Positions 1 through 10,654 of a stretch of DNA of 33,901 nucleotides are shown piece after piece. The stretch spans positions 15,520,475 to 15,554,375 of the forward strand of contig NC_069005.1 in assembly GCF_001194135.2 (NCBI RefSeq), given 5' to 3'. Source of the stretch: Octopus bimaculoides (lineage: Eukaryota). The notes beneath the pieces are model-generated. The model worked only from the letters and a program-made list of their open reading frames with translations. It had not been told where the DNA came from and searched no databases. The translations under genes were made by a program, and so were the position numbers. The stretch's first letter is position 1. Each line of letters begins with the position of its first letter.

Positions 1-5
1 AAGGG

Positions 6-269
6 TGTTATATGGACTGTTAGATATGTAATTCGTCTGACGTTCCGTGTGTCATGTGGTTCGTCTGAGTTCATTGTTTCATTGTTGTTGTCTTGTGGGA
101 CTGTCGTAGTAAAATGTCATTGATATATATATGGCGGACATGACTTTTGTTTATTCATAACGAACATTGGGTGAGTGCGTTCTTTGTATGTAATTGAACA
201 ATAAATGTAATAATTAAACTGTATAACTCGTTATGTTATCTCTACGAGTCACCCGAGGGAAACATAACA
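6..269 (+). mobile_element. Solo LTR of an LTR retrotransposon (264 bp)
   Basis: Starts TGTTAT (6) and ends ATAACA (269), a 6-bp terminal inverted repeat of TG...CA type. Flanked by identical AAGGG at 1-5 and 270-274 (5-bp TSD). TATA-like run at about 123-131, AATAAA at 200-205, CpG-rich relative to flanks. Confidence 0.88.
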
Positions 270-415
270 AAGGGAATCCAACCATAGAAACAATGCCAAA
301 AACAGATGATTGGAGCATGGTGTAGCCTCTAGCTTGCCAGTCCCTGTCAAACCATCCAACCCATGCCAGCATCAAAAATGAAGATTAAATGATAATGATG
401 ATGATGGTGGTGGAA
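270..415 (+). mobile_element. RTE-LINE 3' end (interrupted by the solo LTR), (GAT)n tail
   Basis: aaggg-aatccaaccatagaaac...ccatgccagcat...gatgatgat matches the copy at 26665-26800 (aggaagggcatccaaccatagaaaacc...). Confidence 0.8.
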
Positions 416-1062
416 TGGTCATAGTTTTGGAATGCTTTTGACCAGAGGTCAGCTTAGTCAGAGCTGACCTGGGGCTAAAAAATTCCAGCAACCACTGAGA
501 TCAACTTCCTCTGTGTGAATAGGAACCAACAAAGGATCCTATAGATGCAACAAATAACAGCCAAATCTCCCTCAAATTAGATACAATTGCTGACAAACAA
601 ATAAGCAAAGAGACAAAAAAAAAAAAAAGGAGCTCTCATATAACATTCTTTTTACTATAAACATAAAGCGTGAAATTTTGGGGAAGAAATCTAGTACAAG
701 GCTTATTTTATCAACCCCAAAAGGATGAAAGGGCAAAGTCAGCCTTGGTGGTATTTGAACTCAGAATGTAAAAAATTAGAAGAAATTCTACTGACCATTG
801 TCCAACATGCTAACAATTTTGCCAGCTCATCACATAACAGAAAGTAATAATAATGATAATAATAGTAATCCGTTTTACATAAAGGGACAAGGCCTGAAAT
901 TTTGGGGGAGGGGCTAGTTGATTATATTGACCCCTGTATGTAACTGGTACTTATTTCATCAACCCCGAAAGGATGAAAGGCAANNNNNNNNNNCAAAGCA
1001 TTTTATTAATAACAGAGATACCTGACATTGCCTGGGATAAAAACGGTATAGTTTTTTTATTC

Positions 1063-1120
1063 TTTTACTTTGTTTCAGTCATTTGACTGTGGCCATGCTG
1101 GAGCACTGCCTTTAGTTGAA
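1063..1120 (-). mobile_element. 3' end of tRNA-derived SINE family O
   Basis: ttttactttgtttcagtcatttgactgtggccatgctggagcactgcc matches 11690-11740. Confidence 0.8.
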
Positions 1121-1481
1121 CAGAAAGAAAGAAAAAGGGAGGGATGGAGAAAGGAAGAAAGAGGGAGGGCAGAGAAAGGAAGAAAGAGGGAGGGGAAAGA
1201 AAAGAGGAAGAAAGAAAAAAGAAAGGATGGAAGGAAGGAAAGAAAGAGGAGAAAGAAAGAGGGAGGGAGAAAGAAGGAAAGAAAGAGGGAGATAGAAAGA
1301 AAGAAGGAAGGAGGGAGAAAGAAAGAACGAAAGAAAGAAGAGAGGAAGAAAGAAGGAAAAAGAATGAAAAAGACAGAAAGAAGGAAGGAAAGAAGAAAGA
1401 AAGGAAAGAGGGAGAAAGAAAGAAAGGAAGAAAGGAAGGAAGGAAGGAAGAAAGAAAGAAAGAAAATAAGAAAGAAAGAAA

Positions 1482-1527
<46 letters not shown>

Positions 1528-1628
1528 AGGAAGGAAGGAAGGAAAGAAGACAAACTAAAAGAGAGAAACTAATTCAGAGGATGAGAGAGAATATGTGTAA
1601 GGAAGAGAAAGAGAGAGAGAGAAAGGAG
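1121..1628 (+). repeat. About 500-bp polypurine (GAAA/GGAA/GA)n tract
   Basis: Almost exclusively A/G on the + strand; source of the K/E/R-rich and F/S/L-rich artefact ORFs. Confidence 0.95.
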
Positions 1629-1851
1629 AGAATTGGTTGAAAACTGCAGTTTTTACAGAAAAACCCATGTAAAGCACCTTTTTCCTGGTTTCTCGTTTTA
1701 CGTGGGAGCTCTGGGCAAAAAATTATAGTGCATGACCACCCTTGGCACATAAATAATGTGTGTATAAAATCTGGTGAAAATTGGTTGAAAACTGTAGAAA
1801 TGCATACATATTACACACACATAGACATCCTTTGTTTTATATATAGAGATA
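1628..1851 (+). mobile_element. Helitron-derived non-autonomous element (Lep1/DINE-1-like 3' architecture)
   Basis: ...gtgtataaaatctggtgaaaattggttgaaactgtagaaatgcat + (CA) microsatellite + gacatcctttgttttatatatagagat end; aattggttgaaa(a)ctg occurs twice. Confidence 0.5.
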
Positions 1852-2071
1852 TTATCATGGTTTAAAATTTTGGCACAAGGCCAACAATTTAGTGGGAAAG
1901 GTAAGTCGATTACATCAATCCCAGTGTTCTGCTAATGCTTATTTTATTCACTCCCAAAAGGACCTTGGCAAAATTTGAACTCAGAACGTAAGGACAAACA
2001 AAATGCTGCTAAGCATTTTTCCTGGCATACTAATGATTCTGCTAGCTTGCCACCTTAATAATAATAATAAT

Positions 2072-2795
2072 CAAATAGATAAGAATAGTAAATTGCCCCT
2101 TTGTAGGATGTGTGACATCAAAAATGAAACAGTCTTACATATTGTGAGTGAGTGTAGCAAACTGGCTGAAAAGGGATACAAAAGAATAAAAAGAGGCACA
2201 ATAATGTAGCAATGTTCATTGGAGATTGTGTGAGAAGTACGTTGAAATGGTATGAGTATAAATCAGAAAGGATTTTGAAATGGTATAAACATAAACCAGA
2301 AGGTGTCACTGAGAATAATGAATATAAGATCTTGTGGGATTTTACAATCCAGTGTGATTTGGTGATCGATGCTCAGATATCAGACATTGTTGTAGTTGAT
2401 AAAATGATGAAGGGAATCAAGATCATAGATATTGCCATACCTGGATATGTACGAGTGGATGACAAAGAACTGGAAAAGACTGAGATGTACAAGCTATTAA
2501 TAGATGAGATTGCACGAATGTGGACAATGAAGACAGTAACTCATCTTAGTAGTTGTAGGGTGACAGGGAGCATTAACAACAAAGGGAGAAATTTGTACAA
2601 GAAATTGGGATTGACATGAGGATAGAAGAGTATGCTCGGAAAACTGCTTTGTTGTATTATGGAGAGTGAGGATTTGGGGATTGGTACTTGGATGTTAAGT
2701 ATCATGGAAGAAGACCTTGTGAGACCCTTAACAGGTTGTTTTCTGCTCTTACAGAATTAGCCAGAGCAAGTGAAACTGAGAGTTCTGGGAAATGA
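2072..2795 (+). mobile_element. 5'-truncated R4/Dong-like non-LTR retrotransposon (CCHC knuckle + restriction-like endonuclease), pseudogenised
   Basis: CRMC...ETVLHIVSEC knuckle, RHNNVA after a frameshift, and KILWDFTIQCD...DIVVVDK...IIDIAIP...KELEK..MYKLL. Flanked by (TAA)n at 2056-2071 and 2796-2860. Confidence 0.88.
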
Positions 2796-2838
<43 letters not shown>

Positions 2839-3819
2839 GTAATAATAGTAATAATAATAATCATCATCTTTTCTACTCTAGACACAAGGCCCAAAATTTT
2901 GGGGGAGAGGACCAGTCGATTAGATCGACCTGAGTACGCAACTGGCACTTAATTTATCGACCCCGAAAGGATAAAAGGCAAGGTCGACCTTGGTGGAATT
3001 TGAACTCAGAATGTGAAGACAGATGAAATACCGCTAAGGATTTTGCCTAGCATGTCAATGTGCCATCTTAATAATAATAATAATAGTAATGATGATCTCA
3101 AATTTTGACACAAGGCCCGAAATTTTGAGGAGGGTGTTAGTCGATTACATTGACTTCAGTTCTTGACTAGTACTTACTTTACCAACCCAAAACAATGAAA
3201 TGAAAAGCAAAGTTAACCTCAGCAGAATTTGAACACAGAATATAAAGAGTGAGCTGAAATTCTGCCAATAATAATAATAAGAAGAAGAATGATAATAATA
3301 GTCCTTTCTACTAAAGGCACACAGCCTTACATTTGGAGGGAGGGGACTGGTCGATTATATCGACCCCAGTGTTTCACTGATACTTAATCTATATGAAAGG
3401 CAAAGTTGACCTCGACGGAATTTGAACTCAGAACTTAGAGACAGGCAAAATACCACTAAGCATCTGGTCCAGTGTGCTAACAATTCTGCCAGCTCAGATT
3501 TCTGCTTTTTTTTTTGTCTTGTACAGTTCCTGAGCAAATTGAGAACAATTAAACAAGCCACACATTGTGAGCTGTATTTTGTTAAATGCAATCTTAGTAA
3601 AATTAAAAGAAAATCTATTTTGTTTTCAGCTTTACATCATTAATAATTACTTTGTCATTTTCTTCCTGGAAACTTCAACTGATAAAAGGTTAGCTCAAAT
3701 AGCTAGCATCCTCAACATATGACAGAGGAAAGAGGTGTTAAGAAAGACTTCCTGTCTGGTGAAAGAGTGAAAAATGTAACGAAAGGAAAAGAAAAAGAAT
3801 TAATAGTATCTGAAAATTT

Positions 3820-3821
<2 letters not shown>

Positions 3822-3876
<55 letters not shown>
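3822..3876. repeat. (TA)n microsatellite
   Basis: Perfect alternating TA run. Confidence 0.97.
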
Positions 3877-3880
<4 letters not shown>

Positions 3881-3929
3881 TATGTCATAAAATGTCAATT
3901 GAATCTTGATTGGTTGTGTGTGACGAATG

Positions 3930-4292
3930 TTAATGTTGATATGATGACGACAACAATGACTACAACAGCATTGATGATGACAATAGGGGTGACACTAACG
4001 CTGATGATAATGATGATGATGCTGGTGCCAATGATGATGATGATGACGAAAATGGTGACAATAATACTGATGATGATGACGCTGACAATGGCGACAATAG
4101 TACTGATGATGATGATGGTAACAATGAGGATGCTGACAACAATGATGATGACGGCAGCAATAACAATGACGACAACGATGATTGCATCAACAGCAATGAT
4201 GAAGGTAATAACAAAAGTGAAAAAGACAGCAAAGACAACAAAGAGGATGGTGACAACAGCACTGATGAAGCAAGGACACTGATGATGATGAT
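3930..4292. repeat. Degenerate (GAT/GAC/AAC) trinucleotide low-complexity tract
   Basis: Cryptically simple repeat giving M/T/I/D-rich ORFs in several frames; a similar tract lies at 5565-5677. Confidence 0.9.
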
Positions 4293-4654
4293 GTTGCACT
4301 GGTTAACTAAGAACTGCATTATTTGTGTTGGCTGCATGCTGTGCTTGCGTAAAACCATTTGAATGTTTAGTAACATGTTTACGTACAGACACTTGTTACA
4401 CTAGTTGGTTTATAAAAGCCATCATTAAGTTGGATACCAGTAGCTCGTGTGAGAGAGGAGAAAATCTTGTGTCCAGGCTTGGCAAGAGGAGTTCTTTCAA
4501 CAGGACATCAGAGTGGCATGACTGTCAGTTGATCAAGAAAACCTCTCTTGTCCTCTGGCTTAGTATTTCCCAAGCATCTCAGTTTATAACCAGGATCTGG
4601 CACAGATCTATGTGGAGCTTGACTTTACTCTGAACAGCCACACAAATTCACCAG

Positions 4655-5005
4655 GACAATGATTGGCTGAAATATAGCCTAAAGTCACCCAATAAGGACA
4701 ATGATTGGTTGAAATATAGGCTAAGATGACCAGATAGGACACTGATTGGTTGAAATATAAGCTAAGATCACCTGAAAAAGACAACGATTGGTTGAAATAT
4801 AGCCTAAAGTCACCCAATAAAGACAATGATTGGTTGAAATATAGGCTAAGATGACCAGATAGGACACTGATTGGTTGAAATATAAGCTAAGATCACCTGA
4901 AAAAGACAATGATTGGTTGAAATATAGACTAAGATCACCTGATAAAGACAATGATTGGTTAAAATATAGACTAAGATCACCTGATAAAGACTATGATTGG
5001 TTGAA
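4655..5005. repeat. 41-42-bp minisatellite, 8.4 units, higher-order ABC-ABC-DD, each unit with an inverted CCAAT box
   Basis: Units start at 4655, 4697, 4738, 4780, 4822, 4863, 4905, 4947 and 4989; consensus GACAATGATTGGTTGAAATATAG.CTAAGATCACC.GATAAA. Confidence 0.97.
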
Positions 5006-5562
5006 CCACAGACATGCATACCTTTAATGTAATTCTCAGGGAGATTTAGTGTGACACAGAATGTGACAAGGCTGGCCTTTTGAATTACAGGTACAACTCA
5101 CTTTCACCAGCTGAATGGACTGTAGTAACATGAAGTAAAGTGTCTTGCTCAAGGACAACACAATGTGCTGCCAGGAATTGAACTCTTGACCTTATGATTG
5201 TGAGTCAAATATCCTAACCACTAAACCACGTGCCTACATGCATACATAAACTGGTACTTTGTTGGTTACGACAACGAGAGTGTTCCACTTGATCCAATCA
5301 ATGGAACAGCCTGCTCATGAAATTAGCATGCAAGTGGCTGAGTACCCTTAACATAGTTCTTGGGGAGATTCAGTATGACACAGAATGTGACAAGGTTGAG
5401 CCTTCGAATCACAGGTACAACTCATTTTTTCCACCAGCTAAGTGGACTGGAGCAACGTGAAATAAAGCATCTTGTTCAAGGACACAACGAACCTCTGAGA
5501 ATCGAACTCATGACATTAGGAGTGTGAGTCCAATACCCAAACCACTAAGCCATGTGCCTTCA
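5006..5562 (-). mobile_element. Two tandem tRNA-derived SINEs (family C, tail type 1): about 5006-5235 and 5250-5562
   Basis: Shared gtgacacagaatgtgacaagg...caggtacaactca...ccagct.a.tggactg...gtgtcttgctcaaggacac; B-box gagttc(g/a)att and A-box tggcttagtgg on the minus strand. Confidence 0.85.
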
Positions 5563-6135
5563 CTAATGACGATAGTGGCAAAAACAATAATGATGACAGC
5601 AACATTACTAAAGATTACAGTGGCAATGATGATGACAGTGCTAACAGTATTGATGATGATGATGATGATGATGATGAGAAACTAATAACTCCAGAGATGT
5701 GCAATGTTATAAAGTCCATGTCAGTATATCTAATAGCTGTAAACAAGATTGGATTTGGTTGGATAGAGGAGTTTCTCCTCGACAAAAGCTTAAATGTCCT
5801 GCTGCTGCAATGTCAAACATGCAAAAATGATGGTATTTGATTAAATTATCTGCAAAGGTTCCTACTTGTCCGAATGTTCTATGGCTTAAGTATTGCAATA
5901 AAATGCTAAGAGAATGGAAAGAAAGACGGGTGGGCGGGGTAAGGTGGGGCTAGGGAAAAAGGAAAGAGAGATGGGCAGAGAATATAAAGCTACTTCAGTC
6001 ATCTATTTCACTTTACGCTTGCTTTTCATCCAATATAATATCTCTCTTTCTGTCTCTTAGTAGAAATTGGCCAAAAAGAGAAGAAAAAGAAAGAAAGAAG
6101 ATTCATGATATTGTCACCTTTTCCAATGGACATGA

Positions 6136-6168
<33 letters not shown>

Positions 6169-6656
6169 GTACTGGTTTGAATACTAGAATATCAAGTAGA
6201 ATGTGGAGTGGAATGGAATGGGGTGAGAAAGGAGACTGGGAGAGTCTTCAAAGATGTTGAAAGAAAGGTAAAAATTTCAAACTAAATTAAATAACTGATA
6301 ATAAATAAAAATGACAGAGATGATGATGATTCCTTACAATGGGCACAGGAACACATATTTTTAAGGAATCAACCTCCGATGTACTTTACAGGTATATATT
6401 TCATTAACCATCTACCCCTCCATCCTTTCTCATAAAGCAGGGTTCAGGCAAACTTTTTTTGAAGGTGGGTCACGTTGGAAATGTATTATGGAAAATATTT
6501 TATGAAGACAAAAAGGAAATAATAATAATGCTTTCTTTATTTACCACTAAGGGTTCATAAAAAACATTGGGGATGGTATTGGACAATAGAATGAAGGGTT
6601 ACACAGAGAAGCATGTGAAAAATAGAAGAACAGCAATAATATGGATTCTAACGATG

Positions 6657-6986
6657 AAGGCACATGGTTCAGTGATTACAGTGTTGGGCTCACAATCATG
6701 AGGTAGTGAGTTCAATTTCTGGACCAGGCTGTGTGTTGCGTTCTTGAGCAAGACACTATTTCACATTGCTCCAGTTCACTCAGCTGTTGAAATGAGTTGC
6801 AACATCACTGGTGCCAAGCTGTATTGGTCTTTATCTTTCCCTTGGATAACATTAGTGGTGTGGAGAGGAGAGGCTGGTATGAATGGGTGACTACTGGTTT
6901 TCCATAAACAACCTTGCCCAGACTTGTGCCTCAGAGGGTCTCTTTCTAGGTGCAATCCCATGGTCATTCATGACCAAAGGAGGTCT
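6657..6986 (+). mobile_element. tRNA-derived SINE (family C, tail type 2); sister copies 19922-20246 (-) and 21105-21433 (+); tail type 3 variant about 29110-29400 (+)
   Basis: Head with gagttcaatt B-box, core gttcttgagcaagacact...ttgctccagttcactcag, tail ...ttccataaacaaccttgcccagactt...tctaggtgcaatcc. Confidence 0.87.
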
Positions 6987-7009
6987 CTACCATTTGAATA
7001 TCAGTTCCT

Positions 7010-7570
7010 CAAAAATGGGAAACTTCCTAGGGCTGCGCATGGAAACCTCATAAAACTACAGCAAGTGCTCTCTCTGCATTATCTTCCATCCATCTACAGG
7101 TGCAGGCTTGTTCACTTGGACCATTCTTGACATATTCACCATCCTTTCAACAAAATTGCAGGGTAGCAGCACTTCTCACTCCACCCTCACTTTCCTTTTA
7201 AAAAGTTGATGAAGGTTAGGCCAAAGAGGAAAGTATCTTCAGATCTTCCAATCTGGTCCAACACACAACCTCATTCACTAAGGCTACCAGACACATGAAC
7301 ACTGCATGCCCTTCCCGACCAAAGAAAGGAAGCAAGATGATCTTCACAATGGACTCAGCTGACAGCTCTACAAATTACTGCAGGTGTTTGGCATAAAACA
7401 TAAATCCACAAATCAGCAATGCTTGGGCACTGGACAAGTGTGTGCAGACATTTAGTCATTCGGAGCACATCTTGGGCAAGTTCAGCAGAGAGTAAGTCTG
7501 ACAAACAATGACTACACTTGCTCAACATCAAGGAAGCGCTTAAGATATTGTAGCTGGTGTATGCCCAGTT
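7010..7570 (-). mobile_element. 3' end of L1/Tx1-like ORF2 (CCHC zinc knuckle region), degenerate
   Basis: Minus strand gives TCPRC...(frameshift)LHTLVQCPSIADLWIY and LSAESIVKIILLPFFGREGHAVFMCLVALVNEVVCWTRL, typical of an L1/Tx1 C-terminus. Confidence 0.72.
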
Positions 7571-8149
7571 CTCCATTCAGTGGGTAATGACAATAAATGG
7601 AACACCTGACAATGGAATGTGTCCCTTCCACAGAAAATAGAAATAATAATAATGGTTTCAAATTTTGGCACAAGGCTATCAATTTTGATGGGAGGGGCAA
7701 GTCAGTTACATTGACCCTCCTGCACTTGATCAGTATTTATTTTATCACTCCCAAAAAGATGAAAGCCAAAGTTGGCCTTAACAGCATTTAAACTCAGAAT
7801 GTAAAGCTGGAAGTTATTCTGCTAGGCATTTTGTCTGATAAGCTAATGATTCTGCCAGCTCACTGCCTTTATATTATTATTATTATTATTATTATTACTA
7901 TTATTATTATTATCAGCTGTGGAATATGTAAGACGTTCTTTTGAACACACTTTGTAAGTTATGCTTTAAATTGTTGTTTTCACCCTTTTGTCACAAGTAT
8001 ATGTTATTTATTTTTGAACAAACAATAAGAATACCAGAAACCATTTGGCAGGTGTTTGGTGGTTGTTTCTGCCCTGTAAGGAGCAGTATTTATTCATTTA
8101 ATTATCTATTGCACTTGGAAAATGCCCCATCTTGTGTAAACACACAAAC

Positions 8150-10560
8150 ACACAAGATGGCGTCATCATCATCATTGACCATCATGAGAGCGCTGAGGGG
8201 GAAAGCAATTCCTCTCACCAGCCCTCCCACAAAAGATTTTCCACCCTCATGTCACTCACTCCCAGTGACAACAACAACAACAACAGCAGCCTAATCAATG
8301 TAAGAGCTCACAAAGCATGGGAAATCAGCAGCAACAACAGCGGGAATGCGAAGGCGGAAAAGAGCGAGAGACAGAAGATAGTAGAAATAACAGTAACACC
8401 ACCACAACATCTATTGGCACCTGCGGAAGAGAAATCATCAAAACAATAACAAACAATAATTCCATGAATTTTAAAAGATTTCCAGTGTAGCCAGTTTTAG
8501 AAAAGAAATGTTTCTGCTGGGCCTTGATGAAAAGAATTTGCCAATTTGCCCAAGCCAAACAAATCATAAAAATTAAGGTGGGTGGGGCAGCAGTTCTTGT
8601 GCCTCCTGAATTGTTAGAAATGAAGGAAAAAAAAACATTTATTTTAAATGTTTCGGGCAAGAGCAGGTGAACAGGAATAACATTTATGTGTCAAGTGAAA
8701 GAGATTTTGAAGGATATCTTAGAAGATGTGACCCACTTACAAAGAGACAGACAGGTATGCCAACATGGAGTGAGGGGTGACTCCTGTACCCAACCTACCA
8801 TCCAAAAAAACACTCGCAAAATAAAAACATCAGGTATTCCACCAGGCGTGAACGTCTGCTGGATCATAACATGTGTGGTAGAGGATTCAGAGTCACTCCT
8901 AGAGGTGAAACGGAGCAGTAGGGAAAACTGGTCTGGCATAACCATTGAAATCCTGCTCCTTGTGAAGCTGGAAAACATGGGAGAAATCCCAGACCTTATA
9001 CAGCTGCCCAATGGGGTTGACTTGCAAGTTATAGTAGAAGGCAGGTAGCCTAAGTACAACATTTGTGGAGCCACAAGCCACTTCAGGGCTTTCTGTCCAA
9101 AGAAAACAGGAGGCACTCCCACCACCCAAACAAAATTCTCAACAACTGAGACAATATGCCACACTTGCAGCCTCATTTTCAGGTGAAGAACAAACAAAGA
9201 CAATAGAGATAGCCACCCACAGTGTCTCCCAAACCAGCACTCCATCTCCCCATCTCTCAAGCACACATTCACACAAACAGACGCACACATCCTGAGACTG
9301 ATTCCACAGACACTGGTGCCTCCACATCATGTAGTGAAGATGAGGAGGAACCACAAAAAGCAAATAAACCCAAAAGACAACGAAAAAAAGAGCACCTGGC
9401 CCTACACCAACAATAGAAGGTTCTAGTGCAAGGGCAACAGACATATCTAAAACAACACCAGCCACACCAACTCTATTGCAACCCCACCTCACCCCAAAAG
9501 AAAGCACGCACACACACACACACACAGAACAGTTAACTGCAAAAACTCCCAATTATGTGTTAGTGAGGATAGCCAACAAAAATTTGATGGACCTCATAAC
9601 CGGAGATAAGGAAATTGCGAGAGACGGTGCAATACATGGCACCAGCACCCTTAGGATTCTGGAAAGTTTGATGCTGGTACAGATGCCACTAAAGACCTAC
9701 AGAGACATTAGGGAGGCTTTCCCCAACGATGTGGGTAATCTTAATGTCAAGGCCATGAAGAGACTTTTGCTGGGTTTCTCAGAGGAACCACAACCAGATC
9801 CAGAGCCTGGATCACAGGTCTGCCAACAGCATCGGGAGGAGAAACTCTCACTAGATCTGGAGGCCAGTCCATTCGGCCGCCAACTGCACCAGCAAGGTAA
9901 AGTAACCCTGCTCGTTTTCTTTCTCACAGCTCTTTCCGATTGGCATGGGATTGATTAGAGTGGGCTGTGTAAATTTTCATGGTCTGGGGTCACCCTGGAA
10001 GCAGGGACGCTTGTTCAACGACCTCAGGTCACTATCTATAGATGTGATGGCCATCAGCGAAACAAGGATTTCTGATACACGTGATCTGGCCCCCATCTGC
10101 AATGATTTTGAGATTTACACATCTCTTAGTCAGCCTGGAATGGCAGGCTGGAGTGGCAGTGCTGTTTAGGAGAGGCCTGGATCTCGAGGTATGGATGATC
10201 TTCCTGGACCCAGAAGGTAAGTTAGTGGTCCTGGATGTGAGTAGCAGCAAAGATGATGCTTTCAGACTAGTCGTAGTGTATGCCCCAACCAGGGTAGGGC
10301 AGCCAGATTTCTTCAGACATTTGGGTTTTCCTTGGGACATCTTGCTGTTTAGTTTTAGTGGGAGATTGGAATGCCATTTTGGATGCACGCCTGAATAGGG
10401 TGGGGATTGCCAATAGAAGAGGGGGTGCAAAAGCCTCACAAACCTGCTCACCCGTTTTCAGTTGGTTGACAGGTATCAACTGGATTTCCCGAACATACCA
10501 AAGTGGACATGGATGAACAACACTGGGTCTTCCAGATCGTATTTTGATAGGATATTCTAT
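8150..10560 (+). mobile_element. 5' part of an L1/Tx1-like LINE: decayed ORF1 with gag-type knuckle and ORF2 APE endonuclease, truncated before the RT
   Basis: ORF1 remnant LPNGVDLQVIVEGR*PKYNICGATSHFRAFCP (about 9004-9098). ORF2 from 9945: IRVGCVNFHGL, DVMAISET, GVAVL, RLVVVYAP, LVGDWNAILD, WTW...RSYFDRIF. Confidence 0.85.
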
Positions 10561-10572
10561 GAGCCAGTAGGC

Positions 10573-10610
10573 AGGCTGACCAAAGCCATGTGAGTGGTTT
10601 TCGTACATGG

Positions 10611-10654
<44 letters not shown>

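Larger units (their letters stand above)
646..3497 (-). mobile_element. Cluster of six same-orientation tRNA-derived SINEs (family M) with (ATT)n tails: about 646-833, 868-983, 1856-2056, 2868-3068, 3096-3268, 3301-3497; further copies about 6325-6420 and 7633-7868
   Basis: Shared core atcgaccccgaaaggatgaaaggcaaagtcgacct...tttgaactcagaa; the minus strand shows A-box-like ctggcagaa and B-box gagttcaaattcc. The central part resembles the Meta-type SINE domain (from memory). Confidence 0.85.

Noticed and set aside
1065-1572. Long K/E/R-rich and F/S/L-rich ORFs
   Set aside because: Translations of a polypurine simple repeat.
3895-4376. ORFs of 127-138 aa on both strands
   Set aside because: Degenerate trinucleotide repeat lacking stop codons; no domain signal.
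4655-5005. CRISPR-like appearance (constant 22-bp part plus variable 20-bp part)
   Set aside because: The variable parts are homologous to each other and recur (ABCABCDD), the context is eukaryotic, and there are no cas genes. It is a minisatellite.
6438-6490. hAT-Charlie-like MITE start (cagggttcaggcaaactttt)
   Set aside because: No matching second terminus or TSD found.
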